A stretch of DNA of 64,000 nt, from NCBI GenBank assembly GCA_000182565.2, contig KQ257450.1; one strand, written 5' to 3'. Numbering within the stretch: position 1 is the first letter of the stretch; the number at the start of each line of letters is the position of its first letter. Below the pieces are notes generated by a model. It made no database searches. It saw only the letters and a program-made list of their open reading frames with translations, and was not told the DNA's origin. A program made the translations under genes and the position numbers. The DNA is from Spizellomyces punctatus DAOM BR117. Lineage: Eukaryota. Positions 1 through 15,249 of this stretch are shown here, one piece after another.

Positions 1-712
1 GATGATTGAGATCAGGAAACGCGGTGGCGGGTGGGGACGGTTGGTGGAACGCTGTCGTGGCCGGACCATTTTGATGGTTATTTCCAGGTTTTGGCACCGG
101 CAATTTCGGTAGTATCAATGGCCCCACGGCTATCGGCTTTGCTTCTACTTCATCCGTTTTGATGTAAACTAGTGGCTGGCTTTCATGTTCTTCTTTCTCC
201 ACCTTCTGTTCGCCAGACACAGAACAGTTTACAAACTTCCAAGATACTGAGTTATCAGAGCCGGTCACAGCGGGTATGGGTATATCGACGAGGCTGTCAG
301 GGGACTTCAGACATGGAGTAAATTCTTGCAGCAACGGTGGTGGTGGAGATAACAGGTTTGCTAGTTGGGCCTGTGGATGAGAACCAGTTGGTATAAGCAA
401 ACCATAACGCAAAGGTAACTCCGCTAAGCCCAACTCCACCTCATCAAAGTCTAGTCTCCAGTTGGGGGTAGGTGAGGCCACAGAAGATGCAGACGAAGGC
501 GACGACGGTGTGAAGCCGCATATCTCGCTCCTTGGACTTTTCGGGGATGTCAGGCAAGCAGCGGACAGATATTTAACTGTATTGTCGGCACAATGTTCTT
601 TCTGATCGCTGCCTAAATTCTGAGGTTCCTGTCCTTCCAAGACATCTTCGTTTAAGAAAGATCGAAAGAGCTCGTCGTCCGCAGCAGGGCAGAAAGTAAG
701 CTCCGCTTCCAT
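1..712 (-). CDS. 5' part of an uncharacterised Pro/Ser-rich protein, running off the left edge
   Basis: ATG at 712 opens an uninterrupted frame of 237 codons (MEAELTFCPAADDELFRSFLNEDV...PSSPSSASSVASPTP...) to position 1. Absent from the ORF track because there is no stop in the window. No family motif recognised. Confidence 0.6.
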   Translation of the reverse strand, partial: MEAELTFCPAADDELFRSFLNEDVLEGQEPQNLGSDQKEHCADNTVKYLSAACLTSPKSPRSEICGFTPSSPSSASSVASPTPNWRLDFDEVELGLAELPLRYGLLIPTGSHPQAQLANLLSPPPPLLQEFTPCLKSPDSLVDIPIPAVTGSDNSVSWKFVNCSVSGEQKVEKEEHESQPLVYIKTDEVEAKPIAVGPLILPKLPVPKPGNNHQNGPATTAFHQPSPPATAFPDLNH

Positions 713-1005
713 GTTACGAGAAGAGATATTGCAGCAGTATTAAGCGCAAAGGAACGATAAGGATGTGACGCTATCAGAGAATGTCAATGTTCAAATATTA
801 TGGTTAGATCTTTCATGAACCTTCCTCAACGACTGTCCTTCACACTTGAACAGATCCCCAAACAGCAGCGCCAAACAGTCTCAGCCTGTCCACGTGACGG
901 CACCCTGTTCTGTGTGTCACGAGCGTCCCAGCGCCATTTCATTATACATTCGCACTGTATGGAATATAAGATACATTATATTATAATAAAATAGATCTGG
1001 TAGCA

Positions 1006-1567
1006 TCAATCGTCCTCCGCCTCCTCTTCTTGTCGTCGTTTAGCTATGTCCGCAAAATGCGTGGGATACTGTGTACCGACTTTGGTTCGAAGGGCTCTAA
1101 TCGGCACTTACTTCAGATTGCTAGAGCAGCGTTATCCTTAAGCATAAGTCGCTGTACCTTATTCTCTTGAAAATAATGTCCAAGTCCCCTTTCATGTCTC
1201 GGAGTAGTCGTGTGTGGTTTTCCAGATTCTTAGCACATTGAGCATAGCGTACGGCAGAGAAGTCGTTAAACTTCGTAAGACTGTGATTGGTGCTTTGCAA
1301 GGTTTGCAACCTTTGAGGGGATAAGAATGTGAGAGAACTATCAGCGCGCACTTCGTATTAGAAACACACGCCGTACGTTTCTCCCTGACATTCCAAGATC
1401 TTCGACATGGTTGCGTCGTCCACCATGTCGCAAAGCATGCTGGTCAACTTTTTCGGTCCAGAAGGAGCAGAGTTCTCCAGGATGCTGCTCGAGCTTGACC
1501 CCGATCGGGTCATGCATGTGTCCAGCCGAGGCGGATTTGCAGTTGTTTGTTCAAGTGGCGAGTCCAT
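1006..1567 (-). CDS. KXD1: KxDL-motif protein (KXD1/BORCS4-like, BLOC-1/BORC subunit), 3 exons
   Basis: Spliced product ...LQSTNHSLTKFNDFSAVRY...HTRLLRDMKGDLDIIFKRIR/ALRTKVGTQYP...EEEAEDD* carries the KxDL signature. Confidence 0.85.
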
Positions 1568-1661
1568 TCTGAAGACCTAACGTTGATTATCCCAGCACGA
1601 TTCGATCGTGGCTGCGCGTCTTTCCTGACACTGGCTGACGCAGCAAAAAGTAGTTTCAGCA

Positions 1662-2655
1662 ATGTCGCGACGACGAGTAGGAATACACGGCCTGCAGCAA
1701 CAAGCCCGCACAAATGCCGAATTCCAAAGAGCGGGAGAGGCACTTGCACACCAACAGCTAGAACAGGTGAGATGTTGCAGCATTGCCAAAGAAATCTCCC
1801 TTTTCCTTGCACTCAGACATCCATTATTAGCTGAAAACGCAGCTGTCAGTGTTCAAAACAAATCTAGAGGACTTTGCTCGCAAATACCGAAAAGATATCA
1901 AGCGTGACCCAAAGTTTCGGATGCATTTTCAGCGAATGTGCACGAATATTGGCATTGACCCACTCGCTTGTATGTGACCACGTCGACACTTGAGTTTTTT
2001 GCACACGCAGCTCTCTGTGATATGCTAATTAACTTTCCATATTAGCAAATAAAGGGTTCTGGTCGGAACTTTTAGGTGTTGGAGACTTCTACTATGAATT
2101 GGGTGTACAGATCGCCGAAATATGTATCGCTACGCGTGAACGGAACGGCGGGCTCATTGATATCACTGATCTTAAGCGCCTTCTGGAGAGACTACGTGGG
2201 CGCAATGCGCAGGAAATTAGCGAGTATGATGTGCGTTATGGTGATTCTCCTTCTCTCTCTGTTAATCGCTTGTGTGTTGGCGGTTTAGGGACGACATCGT
2301 CCGCAGCATCAAAAATCTCAAACCGCTGGGGAATGGGTTTGATGTAGTGCAAATTGGATCTCGAAAGCTCGTACAATCCGTCCCAAGAGAGCTGAACGTT
2401 GACTTCTCCACTGTACTGAATTTGGCGCAAGTTGTCGGATTTACAACTATTCGGGAAGTCACTTCTAAGCTGAACTGGGATGCGGATCGGTCTCAAAGGG
2501 TTTTGGTACGTCATGGTCTTACAACGGGCCTATGTCAAGACTCGTATCTGATTGCTTTTCTACAGGACGACTTACTGAAAGACGGTATATGTTGGATTGA
2601 TATGCAAACAGAGCCGGCGGAGTACTGGGTCGCAGGATTCTTCGCGGATTCATGA
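1662..2655 (+). CDS. SNF8: ESCRT-II subunit Vps22/Snf8 (EAP30), multi-exon
   Basis: MSRRRVGIHGLQ start; FQRMCTNIGIDPLA; GFWSELLGVGDFYYELGVQIAEICIATRERNGGLI; KLVQSVPRELN; GICWIDMQ. Confidence 0.93.
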
Positions 2656-2830
2656 GAATGGGTTCCCTGCAATGTATATATTTATCTTGTATACCATACA
2701 GCTAGCTACTACTTGGTCAGCATTTTCTGGCATATTGGAAAGCTTTGAGTCGTACAGAGGGCCATCTTTCGACAAGTTCTATTCACTGGACAACAATTTA
2801 AATGACATTCATGTATGATGACAAATCTGA

Positions 2831-5272
2831 TCATTCATCAGTTGTACATCCCATTGATGCATTATTTACCTATGTAAGAAAGACTCATTAGGAACCCATT
2901 CTGTCCAACCTTCGCATGCAAAGAACTCACGTTCTTAATGAACTTATACAGGGTCCCCTTGGTGGCCTTGTAGGGTGGTGCCGACCATGACTTCCGCCGG
3001 TTTTCAAACTCGGCTTCAGAAACGTTTACGGAAATGGATTTAGAGTTTGCGTCGATGGAGATGATATCTCCGTCGCGAATGTGAGCAATGGGACCTCCGA
3101 CCTGAGCTTCAGGGGTGATGTGGCCAATGATGAAGCCCTGTGCAAGGATGCATAAGCCAGGTGAACCAGACCATGAGAATAGCACGTCCGGCTCTTACGT
3201 GGCTTCCACCAGAGAATCGTCCGTCCGTCAAAAGGGCAACATCTTTGCCCAATCCCGCACCCATTACCGCACTGGTTGGAGTCACTTTAAGCAGGAAGAA
3301 GATTCAGGCGAATTTACGACTAATATGAATTTAGTTGTTTGTTCCTTACACATTTCGGGCATGCCAGGACCCCCTTTAGGGCCCTCATATCGGATGACGA
3401 CGACGTCCCCCTTTCCAATTTTCTTGTTCTCTAAGGCAGCAAGCATATCCTCCTCGCAGTCAAAGACCTTGGCAGGCCCCTCAAAGGCTATCCCTTCTTT
3501 ACCAGTGATCTTCGCTACCGAACCTTCCGGAGCTAAGTTACCCTTCAAAATCTGGATGTGACCAGTTGATTTGATAGGTTTGGACAGAGGGCGGATGATT
3601 TCTTGGCCAGGTTTAAGCCCGGGAAGGTCCTTCAAGTTCTCTGCTAACGTCTTTCCGGTCACCGTAAGACAGTCACCGTTCAATAATCCCTCTTCAAGAA
3701 GGTACTTCATCACTGCGGGAATGCCACCGATTTCGTGAAGGTCCGCGAATACATACTTTCCACTAGGGTAAATTGAAGTAAGCCAACTGTCACATAAAAC
3801 AGTCGACGAGCATTGACATATACCTAGGTTTCAAGTCAGCAATCAAAGGAACACGGTCGCTAACAGCCTGGAAGTCATCGATGGTGAGGGTCACGCCGAG
3901 CGCACGGGCGATAGCAATGAAATGCAAGACAACATTTGTCGAGCCTGGTCAATCAAAGGAATAGCTTGAGTATATCTACCAAAGTAAACACCGAAGGGTT
4001 TCCTCATACCCCCAAGCGCCATTGTGAGCACCATTGCGTTTTCGAACGCTTCTCGAGTCATGATGTCCTTCGGAGTGATGTTGTTCTCAAGCAGGTATTT
4101 GATTGCCTCGCCCGCTCTGACGCATTCCTCCATTTTCTGAGGGTGTTCCGCAGGTGTGGATGAACTGTACGGTAAACTCATACCCATTGCCTCGATTGCG
4201 CTAGACACTTCAATTCAAATGGCAATGAGCAGTGGAAATACTTCGAATCACAACAAATGCTTCCTTACTGGAATTAGCTGTGTACATGCCCCCGCAGGCG
4301 CCTGCACCCGGGCAAGAATGTCTTACGACATCAATTCGTTCCTCCTCTGTCACACGGCCGGCAATATACTCTCCATAGACCTGGAACGCGGATACGATAT
4401 CCAAGGGTTCGCCACCGCATGATTTCCCAGCTTTTATCGAACCGCCGTAGACAATAAGGGATGGACGGTTTAAGCGAGCCAATGCAATGAGACATCCCGG
4501 CATGTTTTTGTCGCACCCTTATGATAATTTATATGCTTTGAGTACCATATCCCTTCCAATAAAAAATCCACATAATTCGTACCAGGGATGGATATATTGC
4601 CATCGTACCACTGCGCAGCCATCACCGTTTCGATGGAGTCTGCAATTATCTCTCTTGATTGAAGAGAATAACTCATTCCCTCCGTACCCATGCTAATACC
4701 GTCACTGACGCCGATTGTGTTGAACCGATATCCGACCAGCCCCGCCTTTTTGACACCTTCCTTAACTTTACCGGCGAGATCAAGAAGGTGCATGTTGCAC
4801 GGGTTCCCTTCATACCATCTGCATATCAAGCTCTTGCGTTGAGTTGTTGGCTGCTCACGTTTCCATAAACGAGCTCAGTAAACTTACACGCTAGAAATTC
4901 CAACTTGGGGCAAGTTGAGGTCTTCGGGCGTCAGTCCTGTAGCGTGCACTGTTGTCCCACGACGTTAAAAAGGGAATGCCTGTTCCATCGTACAACAGCG
5001 TCGGCAAGGTGGACTTACACATAGCCTGCGAAGCACCCTGTGATTTTGGTTGTGTAATCCTCGCACTGTATCGGTTTGGGGCGGTGTCATTTGCTGGACT
5101 TGCATAACGGCGCACAAGGGCTGGAAGACTGTGATGTAAGGGAGAATAAGCATCAAAAACGGCCATTGCAGGACCAATAAGCCCTTTACCTTCGTACGCA
5201 TGCCGTCCGTTTTCTGGCAGCAGACGCTGACGTCAGCGCTCGAGCACTGCATGTGGATATTTGAAGCTGCAT
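2831..5272 (-). CDS. ILV3: Dihydroxy-acid dehydratase, mitochondrial, multi-exon
   Basis: [64 protein letters not shown]. First exon (ATG 5272) encodes an Arg/Ser/Ala-rich transit peptide [22 protein letters not shown]. Confidence 0.96.
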
Positions 5273-5680
5273 GTTTTCTTAAGCCAGTGTAGATTCCCAA
5301 CTCTGACCTTTTAACAACAACGGGCTTGAAGCCTTGAAGGGGGACTATCAGACTAAGCAATAGATCTTTTCTGATAATCTTCTGAATGAGTCACAAGAGT
5401 CATCCAACCGACACGTGGGCGCAGCACTTGGTTCTTCAAGCGCCCGTTGAACTGACTGCGAGCATTTCTGCAAGGGTACTTTCTGTTGCCCCATTTCCTA
5501 TTGCTCAGATAACTGCCATGGACTCTGTTTCCAACGACTGAATATGAGGAAACTGGCATTAGGTGGAATTTTCGTCAGGTACCATACATTGCCGTGCTGT
5601 AATGTTACCATGTCAACAGTGAGTCCTACATCTGGTGAATACTGCCGAAGAGCCTGCTGTTGGCTGTTGCTTATTGTACA

Positions 5681-6375
5681 ATGATGGATCGACGGCAACA
5701 TGGTCGTTTTGGGTCTTTTGTTCGAAGGAGAATTGTCGCTCCCTTCAAGGCTGCCCTACGTGGTATGGTATGCAAGTTACGCTGTGGATTTTGTATCTGC
5801 GCCTGTTCCTCAATCTTCCTTGACGATGCCAAACAGCCGGCATGTCCCCCGACAAGCTGTCGCTGACAATAACGCTAGCGGTTGTATGTGGTCTCTTCCC
5901 TGTCCTCGGGGTTACCTCACTACTCTGCCTAGCTGCTGCGTGGCGTTTCGGCTTGAACACACCGGTTATGCAAGCTATCAACCTTCTCCTTACTCCTGCT
6001 GATGTCGCTTTGTACGCTGGCTGATATGTCTTTCGTGCTCTTGGGTCTTAACTCACTTACCCATAAACCAGGTCACTTCCATTTATGCGCTTTGGGGAAC
6101 GTATCTTGCACCGAGATCCTCTCCCACTTTCTCCCGCGGACCTTATTGCTCATTTGAAGCAAGTTGGATTTTGGAGTGGGGCGTCTACCATTATCACTGG
6201 CCTTGGGTGCGCGATATTGGGCTGGGCAGTCGCCATGGGGCCTGTAGGAACCGTTATCTATTACGCCTTGCGACCTATCGTCCGGAAAATTATGCTGAAA
6301 AAGGACGCAGCAGCTGAATTGGAAGATCCATTGCTGCGGGCAAGACATCGGTCGAGTCCGGGCGTCGATGATTGA
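5681..6375 (+). CDS. DUF2062-family membrane protein, 3 exons
   Basis: FVRRRIVAPFKAALR/GMSPDKLSLTITLAVVCGLFPVLGVTSLLC...NTPVMQAINLLLTP...PFMRFGERIL resembles DUF2062; several hydrophobic helices. Confidence 0.72.
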
Positions 6376-6498
6376 CGAGCTACGCATGAGTTAGTTTTCG
6401 CCTTTGCATCTAGGGCTTTGAGTATGCACTAGCATTTTGAGACCAGTAGTACACATTATATCCGGCGATGTCCAGCGAGCTAACAACATAAAATTATA

Positions 6499-8477
<1,979 letters not shown>

Positions 8478-8679
8478 TGCAAGTGTCCGCTTAAATGGAA
8501 TTCACAACTTGAATGATGGGAAGTTGAAGTACAAGGAGGTTGGAGCCAATGGAACATGCCAATTTAACCATATCTGTCGTTTGTCCATTCTTTCGGACCG
8601 TCACATGACCTACACGAGAGGATCCTCAACTTCTAGGATTGATACACCTTTGATTGCTCCGCGATTGTGATTGCGCACG

Positions 8680-10488
8680 ATGCGCATTGTATTTCAAGAG
8701 GAGCCTGACACACAGGCAGACTCCGATACATCCGATCAATGGCTTGACGAGGATATATGGGGGTTGCCTGACGACGGATTTCCTACCGAAACATCCGAAA
8801 TGCAGGAGGAAGTGGAAGCCGCGGTGATGCCCCTCTATGCACGGTACAAGTGGAAAGTACCACCTGAACCCTTAACAAGGTGGGTTTACTAGAGCAGCCC
8901 AGGTAAACCAGATGTCAGCCATGGATAGAGAGGATCGATTACAAGCGCTTACTGTCGTTCCTGCAGTGTCAGATTGCAACGAACCCTACACATACGGTAT
9001 CTCAAGTCTGGTTTGGAAGGTCTTTCGAAGCGCTTCGTAGTCCTAGATGCCAGTCAGCCTTGGCTTGTATACTGGATGCTACATGGGTTAGATCTCCTCG
9101 ATGAACCATTGTCGCAAGAGGTAGCATCGCGGGCAGTCAAAACATTGGCTCGGTGTCAGAATTCCACTGGTGGATTCGGGGGAGGACCTGGCCAAATATC
9201 ACATGTGGCAACAACATATGCTGCTGTAAATGCGTTGGCTATTGTTGGGACACAAGAGGCGTATGATTTGATTGACAGGTGAACACTTTCCTTATCCCAT
9301 CGATTAAGGAACCCAGCTGATCTTTGGATTAGATCGGCACTGCTGGATTGGCTCCGGCGACTAAAGCAAGCGGACGGATCTTTTCTCATGCATGAAGGGG
9401 GCGAATTGGATGTTAGGTACATTTCGCCAAACCTATGATTGTTCGTCTCCGGGCCCTTCTAAGTGATACATATTCAGGGGAATTTATTGCGTATTAGCAA
9501 CAGTCAAACTTCTAAATATCGTAAGTCCCGACCTGGCCGCAAATTCAGAACAGTTCATTGCTTGGTAAGAACTTTGCGTCTGAACAATTGTGCCAGCATA
9601 GTCTCATGGCCTATCTGCAGCTCTCAAACCTATGAAGGAGGAATTGGTGGAATTCCAGGTGTAGAAGCTCATGGTGGTTATACATTCTGCGCCTTTGCAG
9701 CGATGGAACTTTTAGGAAAAACAGAGCTCCTGGACCTTGACAAATTGTCAAGATGGCTGTGTTTCCGACAACTAGCAGTCGAAAAGGGATTCCAAGGCAG
9801 GACAAATAAGCTTGTGGATGGGTGCTATTCATTCTGGCAAGGGGGGGCTTTCCCGTTGCTTGAATGTGCATTAGCTAGACGTGATGGCGATGAAGCGGGG
9901 AAAGGTGCGTCGCATATACCTGCGCGGGACGTCATACATTTCGTTTCTTCTTTAATTAACTCACTGCTCTGCATGCAGTGGATCTCTTCAATCGAGGTAG
10001 TTGCTCAAGAGTCAATATCAACAGTACTATGGGCTAACTGTGTCTCTTTGTCTGATAACAGAGGCCTTACAGGAATATATTCTTATATGCTGTCAAGGAG
10101 AGCGTGGAGGATTGAAGGATAAACCGGACAAGTGCGTCGCAACTGTACTAAGCTCTTGAATGGCTTTTATAATGACCGATCTTCCATCAATCAGGAATCC
10201 TGATTATTATCACACTTGCTACGTCCTCTCTGGTCTCTCTATAGCTCAACACCGATATGCATGGGATCCTGTACAGGAGGACATTATTGTGGCGGATGGA
10301 GAACGGGGGCCCGTGGTTGTAGGGAATGGGCAAAATTTGTTGGTGCGTCTTGCCCAGTCAGTCTTCCATAAAGCATCTCCTAATGTACAATCTTTTTGCA
10401 GCCTGCAACGCATCCTGTACATAACATCCTTCCTCGACATGTAACGCGCATACGAGCGCATTTTGCTCAGGAGCTTCCTGATGCTTAA
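8680..10488 (+). CDS. RAM1: Protein farnesyltransferase beta subunit, multi-exon
   Basis: LDASQPWLVYW, GGFGGGPGQISHVATTYAA, EAHGGYTFC, GRTNKLVDGCYSFWQG, DYYHTCYVLSGLS. Confidence 0.95.
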
Positions 10489-10635
10489 AATAGACTATAA
10501 TTCTCAGATGGCCTTATCAGAAAACCCTGAGAGGACCAAGAAAGACTTCTTCTGGATTATCTGCCAGCTGGACCTATTACTCCAAAACATGAGTCGGACA
10601 TTTCAATGAGTCTTCATGCTATTAACAAGTCCCCC

Positions 10636-12814
10636 TCAATCCAGCGAAGGCATAGTGAGAGGATTTATCGATGACCTTAACGCCGCTCTCTCCCCATGAT
10701 TTAGATACGACGACAAATCAAACGATATTGTGACTATACCAATGATGATCTCGAATGCTACGGTGCATGATAGGGATAAGCAAAGATTGCAATGCACAAG
10801 GTCAGAGGAAGTCCATCCTTACCAATCAGGATGATAACGATCCATTCGAGCTGTTCCCCATGTGAACTTGTTTGATGTTCTTTCAACATATCCAAGAGAT
10901 CGGATATTACAGAAACTCGTTGATTAAGAAGGTCAACTCTAAATGAATCATTGTTTGAGATATACCGACAACGAATTGGAAATTACAATTACCGACCGTT
11001 GTGAAATTTCAAGATACCCCCGAATAGCCATATACAATGGTTCTAGCGCGGGTTCACTCCTACAAGTACCATGTTAGTATTCAGAGTATCACAGCAGCAT
11101 GATAATTCAACTATACCAGAAAATTTCGGGAATATCTTAATTGAGAACATTCTGATCAGGAAAGTTCCCATATCACGTCCATTTAAAAGATTTCTCTTAC
11201 CTAGCACATTGGACACAAGATTCACATTGATCCGCATGATGAACAACTGTCCAATCTTCTTGTTCACCGATTTCCTGTTTCCATGTCAGCATGCCTTAAA
11301 GGTGAGAAAATGACATCTGTCGCACCACAAACCTTGACATTCGGATTTTGCCCGTCTCTGCAAGGATTTGAGGAACATGTTTTGTGCTCTCAATAGTCTC
11401 CTCGATCAATCCTTCAAAGAGCGCCAGTTTTACGGATTGAGCGATGGCATGGGAAATAGTCAATTTGATCATATAATTTGCGGGATTCTTTGGACACGTT
11501 GTCAGCATGGTCTTGTATGTTGGAGTGTTTCTACAAGGCACACTGGGCATTCATACCTTCAAAGTGATGATATCATTGTAGATTCGCGGTTGGTAGTACG
11601 CTAAGAGGGTCAGACGACTATGAGTAACCACCAAGGTTGACAAATTCACATGCGCCATCTACCGTTGTAATGGAACACAAATTCTTCAATCTCAATGTCA
11701 TCCTCCCCTACAAAAAAAAGAACAAACAATCAACGCATTGAGTATATCACCCTCCCCAACCTTAGAGCAAACTCCTTCTCTTACCTAATTTTTCCTCCTC
11801 AAAAGGTTCCAACTCTTTCAACACAACCTGCTCTTCAGCCTCCGATAGACCCCACATGACGACTACTCCATATGCAAAAAACAAGCACTCTCCAATTGGA
11901 GCTATTCGTTTCGCTAGATTATCATATGGTATATTGCTCGGTATCGTCCTCCCGGATGCGTCAATATTTTGCTCAAAAAAGGAGTCGATGTTGTCAATTG
12001 CTGCTTCGTGTCGAGGACTTTGGATTTCACCCGCAATATCCTCTGTAGATAAGTTGATCAAATCGGGAGTAGGTTCGCTGCTTACATGCGGATGGCCGTT
12101 GGGCGCAAACACCATGTATGGGGTGTGAATTGCTGAAGTTTGAAATAGTTAGATTGGTGGATAGACTGCTAGCCTTGAAGTAAGGCATCCAAACTGGGAC
12201 GGCCTGTGTTTACCTTCATCAAACTTCTTGGGAGCGGTCCGATTTCGATTGGCTCGACTTTTCAGGTAATCCATCAACGCGTCCATCTTATAGGAACTAT
12301 CAAAGATGGTGCGAACATGAGTTACAGAACGTCTCTTCACTCATGAATATCACCGTATTATTGATACATACTTTGCGGTACAGTATGCGGTGACTCTCGG
12401 TAACCACTTCTTCTCCAGTCTGCTCAACCATCGTTCTTTTTGTGTCTTGGCGGTGACGTGTGGGAGTTGTGGTATGTTATCTAGTTGCTCATCGAGATCG
12501 ATTGTCGGTTCGTGTACAGTAGGTACATCGGCAGGGAAGAGGGTGAGCTTTTGGGAAGTTTTGGTGGTGCTGTCGCAAGCGTCATCCAGTTAGCCTCAAT
12601 TGGGTCCAGAGACAAGAATATCTACCCTTTACCGCTTGGGCATCCTAGCATCGGCCTTCCCGGCCTTTGCTTGGGTTGTTGTTATTGATGCGGGCTGCGG
12701 ATTTGCTGGAACGGAAGTCACTGAGGTGACAGGCGCTGGCAATAGTGGCTGGGTAGCATCGTCGGAAGATCCCTGTCGGGATGGCCTTCCAGATCTCTTA
12801 TTAGTCATGCTCAT
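10636..12814 (-). CDS. RMD1: Rmd1/DUF155 family protein with C-terminal TM helix, multi-exon
   Basis: RTTKTSQKLTLFP, PRVTAYCTA, FFAYGVVVMWGLSEAEE, ISHAIAQSVKL, LFIMRINVNLVSNVL. Confidence 0.92.
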
Positions 12815-13148
12815 ATCTATTAGGTTGATGAGGAATTTAGGCTTCCGCGAGATCTGTGAGACAAAGTGGGAAAGTTGGGGCTTTGAGTCGAACGAGACTG
12901 TTACTTGGATGCGTTGCCTGTACTGTAACTGGATATTGCATTGTTGGGAAGCTTCTGAGATGAAGCATCCGTCATACGCGGTCACATGACTCAGTGAACG
13001 AGCGCAATATCTGATCTGATCCAATTATTGTAGTGCACATGAAGTTACAAAACCCCCAATTGCAAAACTATGGATGAAAATTGATATTTGCATATTTAGA
13101 CATTTAAAGTGAGCGTCTCAACCTAGATTGTAGATTTAACTTCAACTG

Positions 13149-14802
13149 TTACGGGCGCAAGATGTCCATCAGCGCTCTTTCTGCGCATTTCCGTGTAGAT
13201 GACTTAACGAACGGCCCGTCACGGATTCCAACAAGTTGTTTTTCCACCTCTTGCTTTCTTCGTTCGCTCCAGGTCACGTTCGGATGACGTAAAAGCAACG
13301 GTAAAAGGCGAATGTAGCTATGGTGTAGCTTAGAGGGACAACGAAGTGAGGACATAATATTGACATGGCATGCAAACCTCAACAGATCATACCATTTCAT
13401 CTTCTGCGTCCACGTTATTTGTCTCGCGGATCACTACGTCCAAGATTATTCCCAGGTCATTTGTGTACCACAAATTTCGCGCACTCGTCGATGATAGGAC
13501 GATTTCCAGAAAACGAGCCATTATAATGCGCCGCTTTCGGTCCTCTATTTTGTAGCGGAGTGTTCAAATCAGTTCGGCACCTGGGCACGGATTGAGCCCT
13601 GTGCAAAACATTGGTACCTTCCCGATTGAATATGAAAATAAAGTTTTCTGAGAGGGTTTTGCTTTGGTCAATTCTCTTCTGCAAGACCTCTATGACCCGA
13701 TTAGGAATGACAGATCTTGCAAAGTTCTTTTGAGCAAACTGATCGTGTATTGCAAGCTATGAATCGCATATGATCAAGATCGCAAAAAAGAAGAGATGTG
13801 ACTGCCACCAATTAACTTACCAGTGCTCTCACCAACGTGTAGTTCTCTTCCTCATTCTCCGCGCTGCCAGTTTGTTCAATCATTTCCGCAAGATTGTTGA
13901 GGAACGATGCATCGAAGGTTTCTTGGGGGCAACAATCTCAGCTTAAACCGACGCATTGGATAACAGCGAATTGAGTTTACCAACCAAGATCCGACAATGA
14001 GAGTTCTCTCGTCTCGCAGATCTCACACATGAGTAACGCTGCCATTTGATGACATCGTTCGCCTAAACATTCAACTAAGTAAGAAGCGAGGAGAGTAGTT
14101 GAGGGTTACACGCTTACCCGATCGCTTCAAAAGAACAGTCTTGAGTCTCGCTAACCATTCGTCATCTAGACGCCGAAACGCGTTAGGCCAAGCATGACCA
14201 AGATGGTGTAAAAGCGAGTAAACTATATAAGCCGCATCGTCTTCCTTGTTTAGGGAGCAAGGCACTGCGAGTTAGGGGCAGGATTTGATGCACTAAACAA
14301 TGGCATGGCCACGTGGAAGCGGCAGTGACCAAGACGCATACATGGTCTTGTAGACCTATGACATTGCGTCTAAGACAAGATGCCACTATGCACGGAGGCT
14401 AGTAAGCGCTCAAAACACGTACCGAATTCTCGTAATTCCCTAGCAGGTCCACTACCTCGTCTGGATCGTCTTCGAGACGGCCGGAAAGGACTTGGGCGCA
14501 CAGCAATTGGATATTACGTGTAGATAGATCTGATGCAGAACTAACTAAGATTGTCTGCTCGCGCAAGAGCAAAGGATAGATGGAAGCGACGAAACACACA
14601 CGGAACCGCAGGTTGCAAACATTTGATGACACCTTGCACAACGTCGGCGAAGGGAGTATCTTTGTCTTCAAGCAGTCTGTCCACTCCTGAAAGACCCCCA
14701 CCATAGCATCAGTGGCAGGACGAAAGAGGAAGGATACTATCTCCGCGTTAGCTTACTCTTCACCAGCGACTCACAGTATATCGCCTGTTCTTCGCCATTC
14801 AT
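13149..14802 (-). CDS. SPIN90/Ldb17/Dip1 (WDS-family Arp2/3 activator)-like protein, multi-exon
   Basis: Spliced C-terminal half reads SENFIFIFNRE/EDRKRRIIMARFLEIVLSS...NLWYTNDLGIILDVVIRE...HSYIRLLPLLL, matching the SPIN90/Ldb17 leucine-rich domain (YTNDL motif). Start codon tentative. Confidence 0.78.
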
Positions 14803-15249
14803 CGTTGCGCGATGTTTTGAGTTAAGTGTTGAGTGTCAGATAAACTTTGTGCTCTGTCACACATCTGTCACATATTACGTTATGTGGCTTATCGTAGCGC
14901 GAAACCTTACACGACCTTCCCAAGTCTTGCATTCAAATGTCGCTGAAACGTTGACTCCACTTTCTCTTAACGCCTTTTCCACGGAACACTTGAAAGTCGG
15001 TCATTTGGAGACAGCTAGGTATCAATTTTAGACGATCGAGAGATTTGGTCGTACTGCATTGGATTACCATTTGGCGTCCTCCCTGCTTTAACCATACTTG
15101 CGCGCTGTCGTTTTTCATATAGTTGCAGCTAAAGGGTTAGCTGTAAACTATCTCAGCACCTCCCACCGAATACTGTAAAGTTGGCGCGTGCAGACTCCTA
15201 GGTGTTAAAATTGGGATACTTAAGGTCATCCAGTGGTCAAGTGCACACC

